Of a DNA stretch of 64,000 bases, positions 57,944 to 64,000 are shown one piece after another (the first letter of the stretch is position 1; the number at the start of each line of letters is the position of its first letter). The stretch is from IMG/VR virus record IMGVR_UViG_3300034073_003276. One strand, given 5' to 3'. Both the position numbers and the translations under genes were made by a program. Below the pieces are notes generated by a model, which saw only the letters and a program-made list of their open reading frames with translations, did no database searches and was not told where the DNA came from. This DNA comes from a virus. Its lineage: Duplodnaviria > Caudoviricetes.

Positions 57944-59518
57944 TTAAAATTCCAGGATAATTTTAATGTCTTCTTTTTGCCTAATATTGCGTGAAACGAG
58001 AGGTCTATTATCAATATAAATTATATCTCCCGTCTTTTTATTTATCTCAGGATTTGCAAGACCATCTTCAAATGTAACTCCTAAATTTATAATGGAGTTA
58101 TTCACTGTTGTAGTTATTCCACTAAAGGATGAAATTTGTCCTGTAAATCCACTAGTTTCACCAACTATATTTCCCCCAGTGTTACTAAAATTCACATTAG
58201 CATTTCCATCAGTAGAAACACCAACATAATCTGTTTGATCATATGACGGTGCAGGTGCATAATATAGTGATCTATCTCTAAAATATTTTAACACTTTAGT
58301 GTCAGAATCATATGATGCAACATATCCTACTGCTCCAGTACTCGATTGAGTAATCTTTTCACCAACAATTGGAAGAATATCATTTACTGAAGAGAAATTG
58401 ATTGAATATAATCCAGAAAATTGAGCATCTGTAAAGGTATCTGTTGATATAAATTTAGTAGGATTTTTTAATATGCCAATCTGACAAAACTTAGTATTGG
58501 TTGGAAAATCCCTAGAAGAATCATCAAATCTACTGTAAATCATCACTCGGTCTGCACCAAGTTCTTTATATAAATCGTATCCATGACCTCTAGATGGTGG
58601 AATTATTGGAATTAGTTTTGCAGGATTTGCAATATTTCCACCTGGTTGTATAGGTCCCAAATCAACTATTCCATAAGTATATCCTTTACCACCAAAAGTA
58701 ACAGTGGTATTAATTATTTCTCCACTTGAATTAGTTTCAATACTAACTTTACCACCAGTCCCATCTCCCAAAATGTCAACTTCTACTGCCTCTGGTAAAA
58801 CTTGATAATTACTTCCAGGATTATCGATATAAACCGTTTTTATTTGATTATCATTTACTTCAGAATCGCCATTTTCTCTTACAGAAACAATCTGAGAGTC
58901 TGTAGAATTGCTCCAGTTATTGGGTAATGTAATATACTCTGTAGAGTCAAACTTTATAATGTCGCTAGGAGAAACTGTGAATAGATACTTCCAGTAATAT
59001 CCATCACCACCTGAACCTGCTATAGTTGGTTCTAAATCAGTGTGCGTTGGTTCGTATAATGACTGATTTCCAGTTGTATTAATACCACTGGAACCGTTTT
59101 GGGTACAGATATAAACTTTATAGTCGCTATTGATTACATAATATTCTGAATCATACAATCTTGCCCTTTTTGCTATTGGACTAAGATTAGTGATACTATA
59201 ATCATGCCTATACATATCATATTTTTTTCCTCTCACCCAATCAACTCTTTTTACAACTCTTCTTATATTTGATGATGTTACTTTTTTTCCAAAAAGAAGA
59301 GTATCTTCATATTGGGTGAGGTAATCTAAATTATCTATAGGATTTGGAACAACACCATTTGTTACTCCAGTTCCACCATCCCAGTTTGCATTTCTACCAA
59401 ATCCAGATATATTAGGGTTTGACAGTCCAACCCAAACATAATATGAATCATTATCTACTGATTCTATAAAATTAGTAGCATTAAGAATTCTAAATTGATC
59501 TGTTACAAGTGCAGACAT
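57944..59518 (-). CDS. gp8: Baseplate wedge subunit
   Basis: DQFRILNA...YDMYRHDY...DGYYWKYLF...EDIKIILEF; TATAAATA at 59539-59546. Confidence 0.9.
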   Translation of the reverse strand: MSALVTDQFRILNATNFIESVDNDSYYVWVGLSNPNISGFGRNANWDGGTGVTNGVVPNPIDNLDYLTQYEDTLLFGKKVTSSNIRRVVKRVDWVRGKKYDMYRHDYSITNLSPIAKRARLYDSEYYVINSDYKVYICTQNGSSGINTTGNQSLYEPTHTDLEPTIAGSGGDGYYWKYLFTVSPSDIIKFDSTEYITLPNNWSNSTDSQIVSVRENGDSEVNDNQIKTVYIDNPGSNYQVLPEAVEVDILGDGTGGKVSIETNSSGEIINTTVTFGGKGYTYGIVDLGPIQPGGNIANPAKLIPIIPPSRGHGYDLYKELGADRVMIYSRFDDSSRDFPTNTKFCQIGILKNPTKFISTDTFTDAQFSGLYSINFSSVNDILPIVGEKITQSSTGAVGYVASYDSDTKVLKYFRDRSLYYAPAPSYDQTDYVGVSTDGNANVNFSNTGGNIVGETSGFTGQISSFSGITTTVNNSIINLGVTFEDGLANPEINKKTGDIIYIDNRPLVSRNIRQKEDIKIILEF

Positions 59519-59551
59519 TTATATTGATGTTTTTTTTATATTTATATGAGG

Positions 59552-62500
59552 TTATGTCAACTTATCTTTAACCAATGATCCAGTGCTTCTCAATCCAAAC
59601 CCTCTTCTCTGAATAATTGGGTAAGTGGATAATCCTGCACTATAACTTTCGCTACTTATACCAACACTTGATACATATCCAGTAACTGCAATTGAAATTG
59701 GTGCTGAAGATCTAGTAAATCCAGATAATCTACCCCATGTCATTCCACCTACTGGATATTTGATAGTTCCTGTAGTGGCAATTCCAACAGTTGATGTATC
59801 TGACGCAACATTACAAGTCATAATTCCTGTTACTGCATCAAAAGCATGAATCTTATACACATTATTTAAGTTTGATGTGCTGATAGCAACAATATCAGCA
59901 TCAGAAGTGTCAACTGAGGTCACTCCACTTCCTACAGTAGTATTTGAGATATAAACAGGATATCCAACTTGCAAATTTGAAAAATCCAATGAATTTGAAG
60001 GATTTGAAATATTTCTTATTGTGAATTCTACTGCTAAAGGATGACCAATTCCAGTAGTAGTTGCAATTCCTACAACCGAAGCATTAAATCCGTCTACAGC
60101 AGATATTCCAGAGATAATTTCAAATTGTGTGGAGAAATCTGTAGTTGCTATTCCAACATTTGTGTTAGTAAAGGCAATGGCACTAAAATTAATTGGAGAC
60201 TCATTTTCATAATTAAATAGTGAGAAATCATCGACAAATATTTCAGTATCAGTGGAAGTTAAATCTCCTATAATATTTGCAGTTGGATAAACTTGAGGTT
60301 CTATGGAATCTCTTGATTTAGAAACAATCTCACCATTAATTGTCAAATCAACTTTTTGCTTAGTCCAATAAAGAGGTTTCTCATTCTCTGTATCAATACC
60401 TTGTGCATTGTATAAATTCGTTTCCACCTTATCAGATCCTGCAATATCATATACAGTTCTCTTATTTTGAGTAATTGTATTTGGAATATTATTATTACTG
60501 AATAATTGTATAGTGTCACCGACTTTAATCGTTTCTGTAACCTCTTCAAGTGTGCTATCTTCTCCTCTAGTTCCTCTATAGAAGAATATTGATATATCAT
60601 CAACTTCTTTTGGTGGAACTGTAAATGTAAATGATGTTCCTCCACTAAACTGATAAGAACTTCCAGGTTCTTGTAATATTCCATTTACAAATATTACTAG
60701 GACTGAATCTAAATCTATCAACTGAGAATCACTTATTCCTTCATCAATTTCAAAACTTAACAGTTCTGAATTATAAAATAGTGGGAATCTAGTTCTTGTA
60801 CCATTTTGATAATTTTTAATTGAATCAATATAATCTAATTCTCCAAATTGCCAAGCAGCGAATGAATCGCTAAAGGTGTCAAGGACTGTTAATTCAAACT
60901 CACTGATCGGAGACACTAATCTTGCATCAGTTACTAATCCTACAGGTTTGAATACATCACCTCTTCTAAATCCATAACCATTTCTTGTAATTGTGAAATT
61001 AGTTACTTCAAAGTATGTTGACCCTATTCCTGTGGTAGAACTTGCACCAACTTCAACATTTAATAATAATCCAACACCTGTTTCTGTAGTTGCTCCTATA
61101 TCAAGACGAGAAACTCCAATGACTGGTAGATTTTCATAAGAAGGTGAGGAGACATTGACTGTAGGACTAGAATATCCGCTTCCTCCATCAACAACTGTGA
61201 ATGATAAAGTTCCTCCAACACCAACGGAAGCTGTGACATTTGCTGCAGACCCTGTATGTCCAGACTCTGTAATCGCTACAGAAACGCTTCCTCTATACCC
61301 AGATCCAAGTATATCTAAAGTACCTAATCCAACTGAGACAATAGACCCTCCACCGTCCACTACTGCAGTTACAGAAGCACCTACGAGAGGAGCATATCCA
61401 AGACCTGAGGTAGATCCCAAGGAAACAATAATACCTCCACGAGGTAATTGATTCATATTAATATCATAATCTGAAGTATAGATTCCACTATCCGATCTAA
61501 TTCCAGTAAATGTTATACTGGATATTCCAGATACAGAATCTTCCTCAATTACATAATTATTTCCAGAATTATTTAAAGTAGATGGAGATTGGAAAATACT
61601 GTTAATAAAGACAATTCCATTTCCTCCACTAGTTCCTAAACCAACTGTATTAATTCCCTGTGTAGTTAGTGTAAAAGTCTGCCCAATTCCAGTAAATTGT
61701 TCCGATATATCATCATATAATTGATTGGAAGTGTAATCTTGCCTTAAGAAAACTTTACCACTGAATGTTGCCCGTTCTCTTGGAAGAGCATTTTCATCTG
61801 GACCAATTAAATCGAGTTGATTTCCTCTTGGTGGTTGAGTAAAGTAAATTTTATTACCAGAAATATTGTATGATCCTCTATGAACCCTAGCAATTGAAGT
61901 ATCTGTATGTACTCCAGCAGTAGATCCTACAAACCCTCTAGTAACTTCAACTAGTGGAACACTCCCAGTAAATGATATTGGACCGCTGCTTGTAGTACCT
62001 AATCCAACATTTTCAACTCTAACAAACTCATTATCAATTTTTAACAAATCTGTGGGTCTAATGGAACTAATTCCACTCAAGGCAAAAATTGTAGATGCGG
62101 TGCCAATTTGCCCACCATTATCAGATAATGTATGAGTTACATAAGAATATGAAATTGGATATTGTACTAGATTATTAATTGTGATTAAAGATTTTTCATT
62201 CTTTTTAAACATTTCTATTTCATGAGCATTGCCAAGACCTAAAGAGGTAAAAGTTACCCCAATTCCTTGCTCAGCGTACTCCTTTTTAGTTGCCAATCTC
62301 AATGTATTAGGAGTTTCTTTAATTGCATAGACAACTTCTGGAAGTATAGTGGTAACTACTCCAACATAATTTTCTGTTGCACCTATGCCTAAAGCGGAAG
62401 TGCCAATGCCAATGAAAGTAGATTTTGGTCTATAAATTAACTCTTCTCCAGTATTAAAGAAGTGATTTGGTATTGTGCATATACCAGTTACTGCATCAAT

Positions 62501-64000
62501 TGAATTTGAAGGATCGAAAGTCTTCATAAATATTGGATTTTCTTCATAATTTGCTTCAAAGTCAAGTTTATCAGATGATGGTGAATTAATACCAAAGTAT
62601 TTGGAAATTCTTACAGATTGTCTCACTGTAGAATAATCTAAATCTGGAGGAATATTTACAACATCCAAATCTGTATAAAAACATTCATTGAACGAAATTA
62701 TTTCAATATCTCCAGTAACAGAGGGATCTGGATAAAAACTAAGAATAATATTTGTTGAATCAATACTTGCTCCAAAAGTACCTATTCCACCCGTACTTCC
62801 AATAGACAAGAATGGATACTGTAGGGTAGAAACATTTGATCCATCATAAACAGTCATTACTTGATGTAAAGCACTAGTTTCTCCCAACCCAACACGAACT
62901 ACAGATTTTATTGAGGTAAACAGTGATTTGTCTAATGTAATTACACTTGTAGACCCTGAAGAAACATTATTATAATTTGATTCAAAAACAACTGTTCTCT
63001 CATTTCCATCTATTTGTCCTGGAAGTTTAAACCTATAGAAATCTCCACCCAATGCCGTGGTTCCAAACCCAACATTTTTAGATCTTACAGATATACTTTC
63101 AGACTCTGTATTTGTATAATTTAAAGATAAAATTCCACCACTTAATGAAGCGCCAAATGAACCTATAAATCCATAACTATCACCTCCCTCACCATCAAAA
63201 TAATATTCAGTAATATAAGTGTCAGAACCATCATGTGACAGATAAATTTCGACATAGTTCATCTTAGAACTATCATTATTCATTACATGAATATTTGAAT
63301 AAACAGAGGAGTATTTTGTTGAATCTAATTCAATAATTGTTGTTGTTATTCCACTAGTAACTACTTTATTTTGAGATATTAAATCTATACAATTTAAACT
63401 CTGCGTAGATCCAATGCCAGAAATAAATGTATCTTGTAATATCTTAATGTCAAAATCAGAGTTAAATGGATCTTCTGGTTCAAATCTCAAATAAAATACG
63501 CCTTCTTCATCAACATATCCACTAATATTTGCCAATAACAAATCAGGGTCAAATACGGTAGATCCGTATCCAGTGGTTCCTGTAGTAAGGTCCCCCTTGT
63601 ATAAATTAAAAATATTTTCAGAATCATTAATTGCAACTATTTCACTAAACTGTGCTTCATTATTTGATGTATTCTTTACTTGAACTAAAAATTTGTTATA
63701 TCCATTGGAAGAATTAATTGCAAGTATATTGGATACGTCTTCTCTCTCATCATCACTACTGGAAAATTGAGAACTAATATCATCAATTTTCAAAACTCTA
63801 TTAGTTCTAAGTAAAATATATTTCGAAAGACGTGTATTTTCAAATTTTACAAATCTCGATCTATCTCCCGAAGTATCTACATCAAAGGCAAAATCAAAAT
63901 TATTAATAGTGTCAACTCGATTGTCTTCAACAATCATATTAATAATCGACAATGTAGATTCTGTATTTCCTACACCAGATTGTGCGCTTTGAGATAATTG
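59552..64000 (-). CDS. Baseplate wedge initiator (gp7-like), 5' end outside the window
   Basis: Frame is open to the window edge; G/T/S-rich repeats; directly upstream of gp8. Confidence 0.75.
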   Translation of the reverse strand, partial: QLSQSAQSGVGNTESTLSIINMIVEDNRVDTINNFDFAFDVDTSGDRSRFVKFENTRLSKYILLRTNRVLKIDDISSQFSSSDDEREDVSNILAINSSNGYNKFLVQVKNTSNNEAQFSEIVAINDSENIFNLYKGDLTTGTTGYGSTVFDPDLLLANISGYVDEEGVFYLRFEPEDPFNSDFDIKILQDTFISGIGSTQSLNCIDLISQNKVVTSGITTTIIELDSTKYSSVYSNIHVMNNDSSKMNYVEIYLSHDGSDTYITEYYFDGEGGDSYGFIGSFGASLSGGILSLNYTNTESESISVRSKNVGFGTTALGGDFYRFKLPGQIDGNERTVVFESNYNNVSSGSTSVITLDKSLFTSIKSVVRVGLGETSALHQVMTVYDGSNVSTLQYPFLSIGSTGGIGTFGASIDSTNIILSFYPDPSVTGDIEIISFNECFYTDLDVVNIPPDLDYSTVRQSVRISKYFGINSPSSDKLDFEANYEENPIFMKTFDPSNSIDAVTGICTIPNHFFNTGEELIYRPKSTFIGIGTSALGIGATENYVGVVTTILPEVVYAIKETPNTLRLATKKEYAEQGIGVTFTSLGLGNAHEIEMFKKNEKSLITINNLVQYPISYSYVTHTLSDNGGQIGTASTIFALSGISSIRPTDLLKIDNEFVRVENVGLGTTSSGPISFTGSVPLVEVTRGFVGSTAGVHTDTSIARVHRGSYNISGNKIYFTQPPRGNQLDLIGPDENALPRERATFSGKVFLRQDYTSNQLYDDISEQFTGIGQTFTLTTQGINTVGLGTSGGNGIVFINSIFQSPSTLNNSGNNYVIEEDSVSGISSITFTGIRSDSGIYTSDYDINMNQLPRGGIIVSLGSTSGLGYAPLVGASVTAVVDGGGSIVSVGLGTLDILGSGYRGSVSVAITESGHTGSAANVTASVGVGGTLSFTVVDGGSGYSSPTVNVSSPSYENLPVIGVSRLDIGATTETGVGLLLNVEVGASSTTGIGSTYFEVTNFTITRNGYGFRRGDVFKPVGLVTDARLVSPISEFELTVLDTFSDSFAAWQFGELDYIDSIKNYQNGTRTRFPLFYNSELLSFEIDEGISDSQLIDLDSVLVIFVNGILQEPGSSYQFSGGTSFTFTVPPKEVDDISIFFYRGTRGEDSTLEEVTETIKVGDTIQLFSNNNIPNTITQNKRTVYDIAGSDKVETNLYNAQGIDTENEKPLYWTKQKVDLTINGEIVSKSRDSIEPQVYPTANIIGDLTSTDTEIFVDDFSLFNYENESPINFSAIAFTNTNVGIATTDFSTQFEIISGISAVDGFNASVVGIATTTGIGHPLAVEFTIRNISNPSNSLDFSNLQVGYPVYISNTTVGSGVTSVDTSDADIVAISTSNLNNVYKIHAFDAVTGIMTCNVASDTSTVGIATTGTIKYPVGGMTWGRLSGFTRSSAPISIAVTGYVSSVGISSESYSAGLSTYPIIQRRGFGLRSTGSLVKDKLT

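Noticed and set aside
47240-64000. GxGYT and GIGT/GIATT peptide repeats as a possible array or DGR target
   Set aside because: Degenerate protein-level repeats typical of cyanophage structural proteins; no identical DNA repeats or reverse transcriptase seen
1-64000. CRISPR array, stop-codon recoding, integrase or IS
   Set aside because: No repeat-spacer pattern in the short intergenic gaps; core genes are intact in the standard code; no such genes recognised

Overview
Core of a T4-like cyanomyovirus genome, with every gene on the minus strand. In transcription order (right to left) it has baseplate genes (partial gp7-like giant ORF, gp8, a 2427-aa VrlC/DUF4815-like protein), neck/tail/packaging/head genes (gp13-gp23, gp3), uvsY/uvsW, gp55, gp47/gp46, a VWA-peptidase plus CobS-like AAA+ pair, gp45/44/62, dam, regA, hsp20, DNA polymerase, uvsX, gp41, mazG, two tRNAs, a cytidyltransferase-like enzyme and internal-head-like proteins. 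Hsp20, MazG, CobS, the 2OG-Fe(II) oxygenase and gene order point to a cyanobacterial host. Most notable: (1) gp43 is split into two TAATG-coupled genes in the fingers domain; (2) two free-standing HNH endonucleases, one with a late promoter inside an RBS-sequestering hairpin and one whose leader mimics a site in adjacent uvsX (17/21 nt), suggesting an I-TevI-like operator; (3) several proteins, including a nucleotidyltransferase, start with T4 capsid-targeting-like peptides, and modular proteins are punctuated by protease-type sites; (4) an uncalled 55-aa NblA-like ORF; (5) a short-arm tRNA-Leu(UAG); (6) a ParB-like gene flanked by a duplicated regA end/terminator; (7) a fourU-like hairpin over the hsp20 RBS. 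Family assignments come from motif recognition and synteny only; no searches were run.
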